64,000 nt of DNA from the human T2T-CHM13v2.0 reference genome, Homo sapiens, in the NCBI RefSeq assembly GCF_009914755.1, contig NC_060933.1; one strand, written 5' to 3'. Below the pieces are notes generated by a model. That model ran no database searches, was not told where the DNA came from, and saw only the letters and a list, made by a program, of their open reading frames with translations. A program made the position numbers and the translations under genes. Positions 40,301 to 56,049 of this stretch are shown here, one piece after another. Position 1 is the first letter of the stretch. Every line of letters starts with the position of its first letter.

Positions 40301-43300
40301 CGTTCCATTCCATTCCATTCCATTCTATTCGGATTAATTCCATTCCATTCCATTCCATTCCATTCTATTCCATTCCATTGCAATCGAGTTGAATCCATTG
40401 CATTTCATTCCATTCCATTCTATTCCATTCCATTGCGGAAGATTCCATTCCATTGCATTCCATTCCATTCCATTCCCCTGCACTCGCGTTGATACCATTC
40501 CATTCCATTCCATTCCATTCCATTCCATTCCGTTCCGTTCCGTTCCATTCCATTCCATTCCATTCCGTTCCGTTCCATTCCATTCCATTCCATTCTATTC
40601 GGGTTAATTCCATTCCATTCCATTCGATTGCAATCGAGTTGATTCCATTCCATTCCATTCCATTCCATTCCATTCCATTCCGTTCCATTCCATTCCATTA
40701 CATTCGGATTGATTCTATTCAATTCCCTTACACTCCATTACATTCCATTCCATTCGGGTAGTTTCCATTCCATTCCATTCCATTCCATTCCTCTCCATTC
40801 CATTGCACTCGGGTTGATTCCATTCCATTGCATTCCATTCCTTTCCATTCAATTCCATTCCGTTCCATTCCATTCCATTACATTCGGATTGATTCTATTC
40901 AACTCCCTTACTCTCCATTACATTCCATTCCATTCGGGTTGTTCCATTCCATTCCATTCCATTCCATTCCATTCCCCTGCACTCGCGTTGATTCCATTCC
41001 ATTCCATTCTATTCCATTCCATTCCCTTCCTTTCCGTTCCATTCCATTCCATTCCATTCCATTCCGTTCCGTTCCATTCCATTCCATTCCATTCCATTCG
41101 GGTTAATTCCATTCCATTCCATTCGATTGCAATCGAGTTGATTCCATTCCATTCCATTCCATTCCATTCCATTCCATTCCATTCCATTCCTTTCCATTCC
41201 ATTACGGATGATTCCATTCCATTGCATTCCATTCCATTCCATTCCCCTGTACTCGGGTTGATTCCATTCCATTCCATTCCAATCCATGCCATTCCACTCG
41301 TGTTGATTCCATTCTTTCCATTCCATTCAAGTTGAATCCATTCCATTGCATTCCATTCCATTCGATTCCATTCGATTGTACTCGGGTTGATTCCATTCCA
41401 TTGCATTCCATTCCATTCCATTCCATTCCATTCCATTCCATTCCGTTCCATTCCATTCCATTACATTCGGATTGATTCTATTCAATTCCCTTACACTCCA
41501 TTACATTCCATTCCATTCGGGTAGTTTCCATTCCATTCCATTCCATTCCTCTCCATTCCATTGAACTCGGGTTGATTCCATTCCATTGTATTCCATTCCA
41601 TTCCATTCAATTCCATTCCGTTCCATTCCATTCCATTACATTCGGATTGATTCTATTCAACTCCCTTACTCTCCATTACATTCCATTCCATTCGGGTTGT
41701 TCCATTCCATTCCATTCCATTCCACTCCATTCCATTGCACTCGGGTTTATTCCATTCCATTCCATTCCATTCCATTCCATTCCATTCCATTCCGGAAGAT
41801 TCCATTCCATTGCATTCCATTCCATTCCATTTCCCTGCACTCGCGTTGATTCCATTCCATTCCATTCCATTCCATTCCAATCCATTCCATTCCGTTCCGT
41901 TCCGTTCCATTCCATTCCATTCCATTATATTCGGGTTAATTCCATTCCATTCCATTCGATTGCAATCGAGTTGATTCCATTCCATTCCATTCCATTCCAT
42001 TCCATTCCATTCCATTCCTTTCCATTCCATTACGGATTATTCCATTCCATTGCATTCCATTCCATTCCATTCCTCTGTACTCGGGTTGATTCCATTCCAT
42101 TCCATTCCAATCCATGCCATTCCACTCGTGTTGATTCCATTCTTTCCATTCCATTCAAGTTGAATCCATTCCATTGCATTCCATTCCATTCCATTCCCCT
42201 GCAGTCGGGTTGTTTCCATTCCATTCCATTCCATTCCATTCCATTCGTTTCCGTTCCGTTCCATTCCATTCCATTCCATTCTATTCGGGTTAATTCCATT
42301 CCATTCCATTCCATTCCATTCCATTCCAATCGAGTTGATTCCATTCCATTCCATTCCATTCCATTCCACTCCATTCCAGTCCTTTCCATTCTATTCCACT
42401 CGGGTTGATTCCAATGTATTCCTTTCCATTCCATTCCATTCCATTGCAATCGAGTTGATTCCATTGCGTTGCATTCCATTCCATTCCATTCCATTCCGGA
42501 TGATTCCATTCCATTGCATTCCATTCCATTCCATTCCCCTGCACTCGGGTTGATTCCATTCCATTCCACTCCATTCCGTTCCATTCCATTCCATTGCATT
42601 GTATTCGGGTTAATTCCATTCCATTCCATTCCATTCCATTCCATTCCATTCCATTAAAATCGAGTTGATTCCAATCCATTCCAGTCCTTTCCATTCCATT
42701 CCTCTCGGGTTGATTCCATTCTATTAGTTTCCATTCCATTCCATTCCCTTCCATTCCACTCTGGTTGATTCCATTCCTTTCCATTCCACTCGAATACATT
42801 CCCTCCTATTCCACTCGGAACGATTCTATTCCATTCCATTCCATTCCATTCCATTCCATTCCATTTCGTTCCATTCCATTCTATTCCGTATCATTCCATT
42901 CCATTCCATTCCATTCCATTCCATTCCATTCCATTGTACTTGGGTTGATTCCATTCCGTTGCATTCCATTCCATTCCATTCCATTCCATTCCGTTGCATT
43001 CCATTCCATTACATTCGGATTGATTCTATTCAACTCCCTTACTCTCCATTACATTCCATTCCATTCGGGTTGTTCCATTCCATTCCATTCCATTCCACTC
43101 CATTCCATTGCACTCGGGTTGATTCCATTCCATTCCATTCCATTCCATTCCATTCCGGATGATTCCATTCCATTGCATTCCGTTCCATTACATTCCCCTG
43201 CACTCGCGTTGATTCCTTTCCATTCCATTCCATTCCATTCCATTCCATTCCATTCCATTACATTCGGATTGATTCTATTCAACTCCCTTACTCTCCATTA

Positions 43301-46300
43301 CATTCCATTCCATTCGGGTTGTTCCATTCCATTCCATTCCATTCCACTCCATTCCATTGCACTCGGATTGATTCCATTCCATTCCATTCCATTCCATTCC
43401 ATTCCATTCCATTCCATTCCATTCCGGATGATTCCATTCCATTGCATTCCGTTCCATTACATTCCCCTGCACTCGCGTTGATTCCATTCCATTCCATTCC
43501 ATTCCATTCAATTCCATTCCATTACAATTTGTTCCATTCCATTCTATTCCGTACCATTCCATTCCATTCCATACCATTCCATTCCATTCCATTCCATTCC
43601 ATTCCTTTCCATTCCGTTCCATTCCATTCCATTCCATTCTATTCGGGTTAATTCCATTCCATTCCATTCCATTCCATTCCATTCTATTCCATTCCATTGC
43701 AATCGAGTTGAATCCATTGCATTTCATTCCATTCCATTCCATTCCATTCCATTCCATTCCATTCCATTCCGGAAGATTCCATTCCATTGCATTCCATTCC
43801 ATTCCATTCCCCTGCACTCGCGTTGATTCCATTTCATTCCGTTCCATTCCATTCCATTCCATTCCATTCCGTTCCGTTCCGTTCCATTCCATTCCATTCC
43901 ATTCCATTCCATTCCGTTCCGTTCCATTCGATTCCATTCCATTCTATTCGGGTTAATTCCATTCCATTCCATTCGATTGCAATCGAGTTGATTCCATTCC
44001 ATTCCATTCCATTCCATTCCGTTCCATTCCATTCCTTTCCATTCCATTACGGATGATTCCATTCCATTGCATTCCATTCCATTCCATTCCCCTGTACTCG
44101 GGTTGTTTCCATTCCATTCCATTCCAATCCATGCCATTCCACTCGTGTTGATTCCATTATTTCCATTCCATTCAAGTTGAATCCATTCCATTGCATTCCA
44201 TTCCATTCGATTCCATTCGATTGCACTCGGGTTGATTACATTCCATTGCATTCCATTCCATTCCATTCCATTCCAATCCATTCCATTCCTTCCATTCCAT
44301 TTCATTACATTCAGATTGATTCTATTCAATTCCCTTACACTCCATTATATTCCAATCCATTCTGGTTGTTTCCATTCCATTCCATTCCATTTCACTCCAT
44401 TCCATTGCAATCGGGTTGATTCCATTCCATTCCATTCCATTGCATTCCATTCCATTCCATTCCGGATGATTCCATTCCATTGCATTCCTTTCCATTCCAT
44501 TCACCTGCACTCGGTTTGATTCCATTCCACTCCATTCCATTACATTCCGTTCCATTCCATTCCATTCCATTCGGATTGATTCTATTCAATTCCCTTACAC
44601 TCCATTACATTCCATTCCATTCGGGTAGTTTCCATTCCATTCCATTCCATTCCTCTCCATTCCATTGCACTCGGGTTGATTCCACTCCATTCCATTCCAT
44701 TACATTACATTACATTCCTTTCCATTGTACTCGGGTTGATTCCATTCCATTGCATTCCATTCCATTCCATTCCATTCCATTCCATTCCATTCCATTCCAT
44801 TCCATTCCGTTCCATTCCATTACATTCGGATTGATTCTATTCAACTCCCTAACTCTCCATTACATTCCATTCCATTCGGGTTGTTCCATTCCATTCCATT
44901 CCATTCCATTCCGTTCCATTCCATTCCATTACATTCGGATTGATTCTATTCAATTCCCTTACACTCCATTACATTCCATTCCATTCGGGTTGCTCCATTC
45001 CATTCCATTCCATTCCACTCCATTCCATTGCGCTCGGGTTGATTCCATTCCATTCCATTCCATTCCATTCCATTCCATTCCATTCCATTCCGGATGATTC
45101 CATTCCATTGCATTCCGTTCCATTACATTCCCCTGCACTCGGGTTGATTCCATTCCATTCCCTTCCATTCCATTCGATTCCTTTCCATTCCAATTATTTC
45201 CATTCCATTCTATTCCGTACCATTCCATTCCATTCCATACAATTCCATTCCATTCCATTCCACTCCGTTCCGTTCCGTTCCTTTCCGTTCCATTCCATTC
45301 CATTCTATTCGGTTTAATTCCATTCCATTCCATTCCATTCCATTCTATTCCATTCCATTGCAATCGAGTTGAATCCATTCCATTCCATTCCATTCCATTC
45401 CATTCCATTCCGGAAGATTCCATTCCATTGCATTCCATTCCATTCCATTCCATTCCATTCCATTCCATTCTATTCCATTCCATTGTACTCGGGTTGATTC
45501 CATTCCATTGCATTCCATTCCATTCCATTCTATTCCATTCCATTCCATTCCGTTCCATTCCATTTCATTACATTCGGATTGATTCTTTTCAACTCCCTTA
45601 CTCTCCATTACATTCCATTCCATTCGGGTTGTTCCATTCCATTCCATTCCATTCCACTCCATTCCATTGCACTCGGGTTGATTCCATTCCATTCCATTCC
45701 GGATGATTCCATTCCATTGCATTCCGTTCCATTGCATTCCCCTGCACTCGGGTTGATTCCATTCCATTGCATTCCATTCCATTCGACTCCATTCCATTCC
45801 CCTGCACTCGCGTTGATTCCATTCCATTCCATTCCATTCCATTCCATTCCATTCCATTCCTTTCCATTCTAGTCTTTTCCATTCCATTCCACTCGGGTTG
45901 ATTCCATTCTATTAGTTTCCATCCCATTCCTTTCCCTTCCATTCCACTCTGGTTGATTCCATTCCTTTCCATTCCACTCGAATACATTCCCTCCTATTCC
46001 ACTCGGAACGATTCCATTCCATTCCATTCCATTCCATTCCATTCCATTCCATTTCGTTCCATTCCATTCTATTCCGTATCATTCCATTCCATTCCATTCC
46101 ATTCCATTCCATTCCATTCCATTCCATTCCATTCCATTTCGTTCCATTCCATTCTATTCCGTATCATTCCATTCCATTCCATTCCATTCCATTCCATTCC
46201 ATTCCACTCGTGTTGATTGCATTCCTTTCCATTCCATTCGGTTTGAAGGCATTCCATTCCATTCCATTCCATTCCATTCCATTGCATTCCGGAAGCTTCC

Positions 46301-49300
46301 ATTCCATTGCATTCCATTCCATTCCATTCCCCTGCACTCGCGTTGATTCCGTTCCATTCCATTCCATTCCATTCCATTCCATTCTATTCCATTCCATTCC
46401 ATTCCATTCCGTTCCATTCCATTCCATTCCATTCCATTCCATTCCGTTCCGTTCCGTTCCATTCCATTCCATTCCATTCTATTCGGGTTAATTCCATTCC
46501 ATTCCATTCGATTGCAATCGAGTTGATTCCATTCCATTCCATTCCATTCCATTCCATTCCATTCCATTCCTTTCCATTCCATTACGGATGATTCCATTCC
46601 ATTGCATTCCATTCCATTCCATTCCCCTGTACTCGGGTTGATTCCATTCCATTCCATTCCAATCCATGCCATTCCACTCGTGTTGATTCCATTCTTTCCA
46701 TTCCATTCAAGTTGAATCCATTCCATTGCATTCCATTCCATTCCATTTCCCTGCAGTCGGGTTGATTCCATTCCATTCCATTCCATTCCATTCCATTCCG
46801 TTCCATTCCATTCCATTCCATTCTATTCGGTTTAATTCCATTCCATTCCATTCCATTCCATTCCATTCCAATCGAGTTGATTCCATTCCATTCCATTCCA
46901 TTCCATTCCTCTCCATTGCAGTCCTTTCCATTCCATTCCACTCGGGTTGATTCCAATGTATTCCTTTCCATTCCATTCCATTCCATTGCAATCGAGTTGA
47001 TTCCATTGCTTTGCATTCCATTCCATTCCATTCCATTCCGGATGATTCCATTCCATTGCATTCCATTCCATTCCGTTCCCCTGCACTCGTGTTGATTCCA
47101 TTCCATTCCACTCCATTCCGTTGCATTCCATTCCATTACTTTCGGATTGATTCTATTCAACTCCCTTACTCTCCATTACATTCCATTCCATTCGGGTTGT
47201 TCCATTCCATTCCATTCCATTCCACTCCATTCCATTGCACTCGGGTTGATTCCATTCCATTCCATTCCATTCCACTGCATTCCATTGCACTCAGGTTGAT
47301 TCCATTCCATTCCATTCCATTCCATTCCATTCCATTCCATTCCATTCCGGATGATTCCATTCCATTGCATTCCGTTCCATTACTTTCCCCTGCACTCGGG
47401 TTGATTCCATTCCATTCCATTCAATTCCATTCCATTACAATTCGTTCCATTCCATTCTATTCCTTACCATTCCATTCCATTCCATAGCATTCCATTCCAT
47501 TCCATTCTGTTCCATTCCGTTCCATTGCATTCCATTCCATTCTATTCGGGTTAATTCCATACAATTCCATTCCATTCCATTCCATTATATTCCATTCCAT
47601 TGCAATCGAGTTGAATCCATTGCATTTCATTCCATTCCATTCCATTCCATTCCATTCCGGAAGATTCCATTCCATTGCATTCCATTCCATTCCATTCCCC
47701 TGCACTCGCGTTGATTCCATTCCATTCCATTCCATTCCGTTCCGTTCCTTTCCGTTCCGTTCCATTCCATTCCATTCCATTCCGTTCCGTTCCGTTCCGT
47801 TCCATTCCATTCCATTCTATTCGGGTTAATTCCATTCCATTCCATTCGATTGCAATCGAGTTGATTCCATTCCATTCCATTCCATTCCTTTCCATTCCAT
47901 TCCATTCCTTTCCATTCCATTACGGATGATTCCATTCCACTGCATTACATTCCATTCCATTCCCCTGTACTCGGGTTGATTCCATTCCATTCCATTCCAT
48001 TCCATTCCATTCTATTCCATTCCATTCCATTCCATTCCGGAAGATTCCATTCCATTGCATTCCATTCCATTCCATTCCCCTGAACTCGCGTTGATTCCAT
48101 TCCATTCCATTCCATTCCATTCCATTCCGTTCCGTTCCGTTCCATTCCATTCCATTCCATTCCATTCCATTCCATTGCTTTCCGTTCCATTCCATTCCAT
48201 TCCATTCTATTCGGGTTAATTCCATTCCATTCCGTTCGATTGCAATCGAGTTGATTCCATTCCATTCTATTCCATTCCATTCCATTCCATTCCATTCCTT
48301 TCCATTCCATTACGGATGATTCCATTCCATTGCATTCCATTCCATTCCATTCCCCTGTACTCGGGTTGATTCCATTCCATTCCATTCCAATCCATGCCAT
48401 TCCACTCGTGTTGATTCCATTCTTTCCATTACATTCAATTTGAATCCATTCCATTGCATTGCATTCCATTCCATTCCCCTGCAGTCGGGTTGATTCCATT
48501 CCATTCCATTCCATTCCATTCCATTCCATTCCGTTCCGTTCCATTCCATTCCATTCCATTCTATTCGGGTTAATTCCATTCCATTCCATTCGATTGCAAT
48601 CGAGTTGATTCCATTCCATTCCATTCCAATCCATGCCATTGCACTCGGGTTGATTCCATTCTTTCCATTCCATTCAAGTTGAATCCATTACATTGCATTC
48701 CATTCGATTCGATTCCATTCGATTGCACTCGGGTTGATTCCATGGCATTGCATTCCATTCCATTCCATTCCATTCCTTTCCATTCCATTCCATGCCATTC
48801 CATTCGGATTCATTCTATTCAATTCCCTTACACTCCATTACATTCCATTCCATTCGTGTAGTTTCCATTCCATTCCATTCCATTCCTCTCCATTCCATTG
48901 CACTCGGGTTGATTCCATTCCATTCCATTCCATTCCATTCCGGATGATTCCATTCCATTGAATTCCATTGCATTCCATTCCCCTGCACTTGGGTTGATTC
49001 CATTCCATTCCATTCCATTCCTTTCTTTTCCATTCCATTCCATTCCATTCCATTCTTTCGTGTTTATTCCATTCCATTCTATTCCATTCCATTCCATTGA
49101 AATCGAGTTGATTCCATTCCATTCCATTCCATTCCATTCCATTCCATTCCATTCCATTCCATTCCGGATGATTCCATTCCATTCCATTCCATTCCATTCC
49201 ATTCCATTGTACTCGGGTTGATTCCATTCCATTGCATTCCATTCCATTCCATTACATTCCATTCCGTTGCATTCTATTCCATTACATTCGTATTGATTCT

Positions 49301-52300
49301 ATTCAACTCCCTTACTCTCCATTACATTCCATTCCATTCGGGTTGTTCCATTCCATTCCATTCCATTCCACTCCATTCCATTGCACTCGGGTTGATTCCA
49401 TTCCATTCCATTCCATTCCATTCCATTCCATTCCGGATGATTCCATTTCATTGCATTCAATTCCATTCCATTCCCCTGCACTCGCGTTGATTCCATTCCA
49501 TTCCATTCCATTCCATTCCATTCCCTTCCTTTCCGTTCCATTCCATTCCATTCCATTCCATTCCATTCCATTCCGTTCCATTCCATTCCATTCCATTCTT
49601 TTCGGGTTAATTCCATTCCATTCCATTCGATTGCAATCGAGTTGATTCCATTCCATTCCATTCCATTCCATTCCATTCCATTCCATTCCTTTCCATTCCA
49701 TTACGGATGATTCCATTCCATTGCATTCCATTCCATTCCATTCCCCTATACTCGGGTTGATTCCATTCCATTCCATTCCAATCCATGCCATTCCACTCGT
49801 GTTGATTCCATTCTTTCCATTCCATTCAAGTTGAATCCATTCCATTGCATTCCATTCCATTCGATTCCATTCGATTGCACTCGGGTTGATTCCATTCCAT
49901 TGCATTCCATTCCATTCCGTTCCATTCCATTCCATTCCGTTCCATTCCATTTCATTACATTCAGATTGATTCTATTCAATTACCTTACACTCCATTATAT
50001 TCCAATCCATTCTGGTTGTCTCCATTCCATTCCATTCCATTTCACTCCATTCCATTGCACTCGGGTTGATTCCATTCCATTCCATTACATTCCATTCCGT
50101 TCCATTCCGGATGATTCCATTCCATTGCATTCCATTCCATTCCATTCCCCTGCACTCGGGTTGATTCCATTCCATTCCATTCCATTACATTCCCTTCCAT
50201 TCTATTCCATTCCATTCGGATTGATTCTATTCAATTCCCTTACACTCCATTACATTCCATTCCATTCGGGTAGTTTCCTTTCCATTCCATTCCATTCCTC
50301 TCCATTCCATTGCACTCGGGTTGATTGCATTCCATTCCTTTCCATTCCATTCCATTCCATTCCATTCCATTCCATTCCATTCCATTACATTCCATTCCAT
50401 TCCGTTCCATTGTACTCGGGTTGATTCCATTCCATTGCATTCCATTCCATTCCATTCCATTCCATTCCATTCCATTCCGTTCCATTCCATTACATTCGGA
50501 TTGATTCTATTCAACTCCCTTACTCTCCATTACATTACATTCCATTCGGGTTGTTCCATTCCATTCCATTCCATTCCACTCCATTCCATTGCGCTCGGGT
50601 TGATTCCGTTCCATTGCATTCCATTCCATTCCATTCCATTCCATTCCGGATGATTCCATTCCATTGCATTCCGTTCCATTACATTCCCCTGCACTCGGGT
50701 TGATTCCATTCCATTCCATTCCATTCCATTCGATTCCATTCCATTCCAATTCTTTCCATTCCATTCTATTCCGTACCATTCCATTCCATTCCATACAATT
50801 CCATTCCATTCCATTCCACTCCGTTCCGTTCCGTTCCGTTCTGTTCCGTTCCATTCCATTCCACTCCATTCTATTCGGTTTAATTCCATTCCATTCCATT
50901 CCATTCCATTCCATTCTATTCCATTCCATTGCAATCGAGTTGAATCCATTGCATTCCATTCCATTCCATTCCATTCCATTCCATTCCATTCCATTGCATT
51001 CCGGAAGATTCCATTCCATTGCATTCCATTCCATTCCATTCCATTCCATTCCATTCCATTCCATTCCATTCCATTGTACTCGGGTTGATTCCATTCCATT
51101 GCATTGCATTCCATTCCATTCCATTCCATTCCATTCCGTTCCATTCCATTCCATTACATTCGGATTGATTCTTTTCAACTCCCTTACTCTCCATTACATT
51201 CCATTCCATCCGTGTAGTTTCCATTCCATTCCATTCCATTCCTCTCCATTCCATTGCATCGGGTTGATTCCATTCCATTCCATTCCATTCCATTCCATTC
51301 CATTCCATTCCGGATGATTCCATTCCATTGCATTCCGTTCCATTACATTCCCCTGCACTCGCGTTGATTCCATTCCATTCCATTCCATTTCATTCAATTC
51401 CATTCCATTACAATTCGTTCCATTCCATTCTATTCCGTACCATTCGATTCCATTCCATACCATTCCATTCCATTCCATTCCGTTCCATTCCGTTCCATTC
51501 TGTTCCATTCCATTCCATTCCATTCTATTCGGGTTAATTCCATTCCACTCCATTCCATTCCATTCCATTCTGTTCCATTCCATTGCATTCGAGTTGAATC
51601 CATTGCATTTCATTCCATTCCATTCCATTCCATTCCATTCCGGAAGATTCCATTCCATTGCATTCCATTCCATTCCATTCCCCTGCACTCGCGTTGATTC
51701 CATTCCATTCCATTCCATTCCATTCCATCCATTCCGTTCCGTTCCGTTCCATTCCATTCCATTCCATTCCATTCCATTCCATTCCGTTCCGTTCCATTCC
51801 ATTCCATTCCATTCTATTCGGGTTAATTCCATTCCATTCCATTCGATTGCAATCAAGTTGATTCCATTCCATTCCATTCCATTCCATTCCATTCCATTCC
51901 TTTCCATTCCCTTCCGGATGTTTCCATTCCATTGCATTCCATTCCATTCCATTCCCCTGTACTCGGGTTGATTCCATTCCATTCCATTCCAATCCATGCC
52001 ATTCCACTCGTGTTGATTCCATTCTTTCCATTCCATTCAAGTTGAATCCATTCCATTGCATTCCATTCCATTCGATTCCATTCGATTGCACTCGGGTTGA
52101 TTCCATTCCGTTGCATTCCATTCCATTCCATTCCATTCCATTCCATTCCGTTCCATTCCATTCCATTACATTCGGATTGATTCTATTCAATTCCCTTACA
52201 ATCCATTACATTCCATTCCATTCGGGTAGTTTCCATTCCATTCCATTCCATTCCTCTCCATTCCATTGCACTCGGGTTGATTCCATTCCATTGCATTCCA

Positions 52301-55200
52301 TTCCATTCCATTCAATTCCATTCCGTTCCATTCCATTCCATTACATTCGGATTGATTCTATTCAACTCCCTTACTCTCCATTACATTCCATTCCATTCGG
52401 GTTGTTCCATTCCATTCCATTCCATTCCACTCCATTCCATTGCACTCGGGTTTATTCCATTCCATTCCATTCCATTCCATTCCATTCCATTCCATTCCAT
52501 TCCATTCCTTTCCGTTCCGTTCCATTCCATTCCATTCCATTCCAATCCATTCCGTTCCGTTCCGTTCCGTTCCATTCCATTCCATTCCATTCTATTCGGG
52601 TTAATTCCATTCCATTCCATTCGATTGCAATCGAGTTGATTCCATTCCATTCCATTCCATTCCATTCCATTCCATTCCATTCCATTCCATTCCGTTCCAT
52701 TCCATTCCATTCCATTCTATTCGGGTTAATTCCATTCCATTCCATTCCATTCCATTCCATTCCATTCCAATCGAGTTGATTCCATTCCATTCCATTCCAT
52801 TCCACTCCATTCCAGTCCTTTCCATTCCATTCCACTCGGGTTGATTCCAATGTATTCCTTTCCATTCCATTCCATTCCATTGCAATCGAGTTGATTCCAT
52901 TGCTTTGCATTCCATTCCATTCCATTCCATTCCGGATGATTCCATTCCATTGCATTCCATTCCATTCCATTCCCCTGCACTCGGGTTGATTCCATTCCAT
53001 TCCATTCCATTCCGTTCCATTCCATTCCATTCCATTGTATTCGGGTTAATTCCATTCCATTCCATTCCATTCCATTCCATTACAATCGAGTTGATTCCAT
53101 TCCATTCCATTCCATTCCAGTCCTTTCCACTCCATTCCACTCGGGTTGATTCCATTCTATTAATTTCCATTCCATTCTATTCCCTTCCATTCCACTCTGG
53201 TTGATACCATTCCTTTCCATTCCACTCGAATACATTCCCTCCTATTCCACTCGGAACGATTCCATTCCATTCCATTCCATTCCATTCCATTCCATTCCAT
53301 TCCATTCCATTCCATTCCATTTCGTTCCATTCCATTCTATTCCGTATCATTCCATTCCATTCCATTCCATTCCATTCCATTCCATTCCATTCCATTCCAT
53401 TGTACTCAGGTTGATTCAATTCCATTGCATTCCATTCCATTCCATTCCATTCCATTCCATTCCATTCCATTCCGTTGCATTCCATTCTATTACATTCGGA
53501 TTGATTCTATTCAACTCCCTTACTCTCCATTACATTCCATTCCATTCGGGTTGTTCCATTCCATTCCATTCCATTCCACTCCATTCCATTCCATTCCATT
53601 CCACTCCATTCCATTGCACTCGGGTTGATTCCATTCCATTCCATTCCATTCCATTCCATTCCATTCCATTCCATTCCATTCCGGATGATTCCATTCCATT
53701 GCATTCCGTTCCATTACATTCCCCTGCACTCGCGTTGATTCCATTCCATTCCATTCCATTCCATTCAATTCCATTCCATTACAATTCGTTCCATTCCATT
53801 CTATTCCGTACCATTCCATTCCATTCCATACCATTCCATTCCATTCCATTCCATTCCATTCCGTTCCATTCCGTTCCATTCCATTCCATTCCATTCTATT
53901 CGGATTAATTCCATTCCATTCCATTCCATTCCATTCTATTCCATTCCATTGCAATCGAGTTGAATCCATTGCATTTCATTCCATTCCATTCCATTCCATT
54001 CCATTCCGGAAGATTCCATTCCATTGCATTCCAATCCATTCCATTCCCCTGCACTCGCTTTGATTCCATTCCGTTCCATTCCATTCCATTCCATTCCATT
54101 CCGTTCCGTTCCATTCCATTCCATTCCATTCCATTCCATTCCATTCCATTGCTTTCCGTTCCATTCCATTCCATTCCATTCTATTCGGGTTAATTCCATT
54201 CCATTCCGTTCGATTGCAATCGAGTTGATTCCATTCCATTCTATTCCATTCCATTCCATTCCATTCCATTCCTTTCCATTCCATTACGGATGATTCCATT
54301 CCATTGCATTCCATTCCATTCCATTCCCCTGTACTCGGGTTGATTCCATTCCATTCCATTCCAATCCATGCCATTCCACTCGTGTTGATTCCATTCTTTC
54401 CATTCCATTCAAGTTGAATCCATTCCATTGCATTCCATTCCATTCCATTCCCCTGCAGTCGGGTTGATTCCATTCCATTCCATTCCATTCCATTCCATTC
54501 CATTCCATTCCGTTCCGTTCCATTCCATTCCATTACATTCTATTCGGGTTAATTCCATTCCATTCCAATCCATGCCATTCCACTCGTGTTGATTCCATTC
54601 TTTCCATTCCATTCAAGTTGAATCCATTCCATTGCATTCCATTCCATTCGATTCCATTCCATTGCACTCGGGTTGATTCCATTCCATTGCATTCCATTCC
54701 ATTCCATTACATTCCATTCCATTCCGTTCCATTCCATTTCATTACATTCAGACTGATTCTATTCAATTCCCTTACACTCCATTATATTACAATCCATTCT
54801 GGTTGTCTCCATTCCATTCCATTCCATTTCACTCCATTCCATTACACTCGGGTTGATTCCATTCCATTCCATTCCATTGCATTCCATTCCATTCCATTCC
54901 GGATGATTCCATTCCATTGCATTCCATTCCATTCCATTCCCCTGCACTCGGGTTGATTCCATTCCATTCCATTACATTACATTCCGTTCCATTCCATTCC
55001 ATTCCATTCGGATTGATTCTATTCAATTCCCTTACACTCCATTACATTCCACTCCATTCGGGTAGTTTCCATTCCATTCCATTCCATTCCTCTCCATTCC
55101 ATTGCACTCGGATTGATTCCATTCCATTCCATTCCATTCCATTCCATTCCATTACATTACATTCCATTCCATTCCGTTCCATTGTACTCGGGTTGATTCC
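37330..55200 (+). repeat. Long-range duplication, copy 2
   Basis: Same ordered private variants as 8.5-26.7 kb. The copies differ by pentamer counts and several module-sized indels. Confidence 0.9.
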
Positions 55201-56049
55201 ATTCCATTGCATTCCATTCCATTCCATTCCATTCCATTCCATTCCATTCCATTCCGTTCCATTACATTACATTCGGATTGATTCTATTCAACTCCCTTAC
55301 TCTCCATTACATTCCATTCCATTCGGGTTGTTCCATTCCATTCCATTCCATTCCACTCCATTCCATTGCGCTCAGGTTGATTCCATTCCATTCCATTCCA
55401 TTCCATTCCATTCCATTCCATTCCGGATGATTCCATTCCATTGCATTCCGTTCCATTACACTCCCCTGCACTCGGTTTGATTCCATTCCATTCCATTCCA
55501 TTCCATTCCATTCCATTCCATTCCAATTCTTTCCATTCCATTATATTCCGTAGCATTCCATTCCATTCCATACTATTCCATTCGATTCCATTCCAATCCG
55601 TTCCGTTCCGTTCCGTTCTGTTCCGTTCCATTCCATTCCATTCCATTCTATTCGGTTTAGTTCCATTCCATTCCATTCCATTCCATTCTATTCCATTCCA
55701 TTGCAATCGAGTTGAATCCATTGCATTCCATTCCATTCCATTCCATTCCATTCCATTCCATTCCGGAAGATTCCATTCCATTGCATTCCATTCCATTCCA
55801 TTCCATTCCATTCCATTCCATTCCATTGTACTCGGGTTGATTCCATTGCATTGCATTCCATTCCATTCCATTCCATTCCGTTCCATTCCATTCCATTACA
55901 TTCGGATTGATTCTTTTCAACTCCCTTACTCTCCATTACATTCCATTCCATTCGGGTTGTTCCATTCCATTTCATTCCATTCCATTCCATTCCACTCCAT
56001 TCCATTGCACTCGGGTTGATTCCATTCCATTCCATTCAATTCCATTCCA

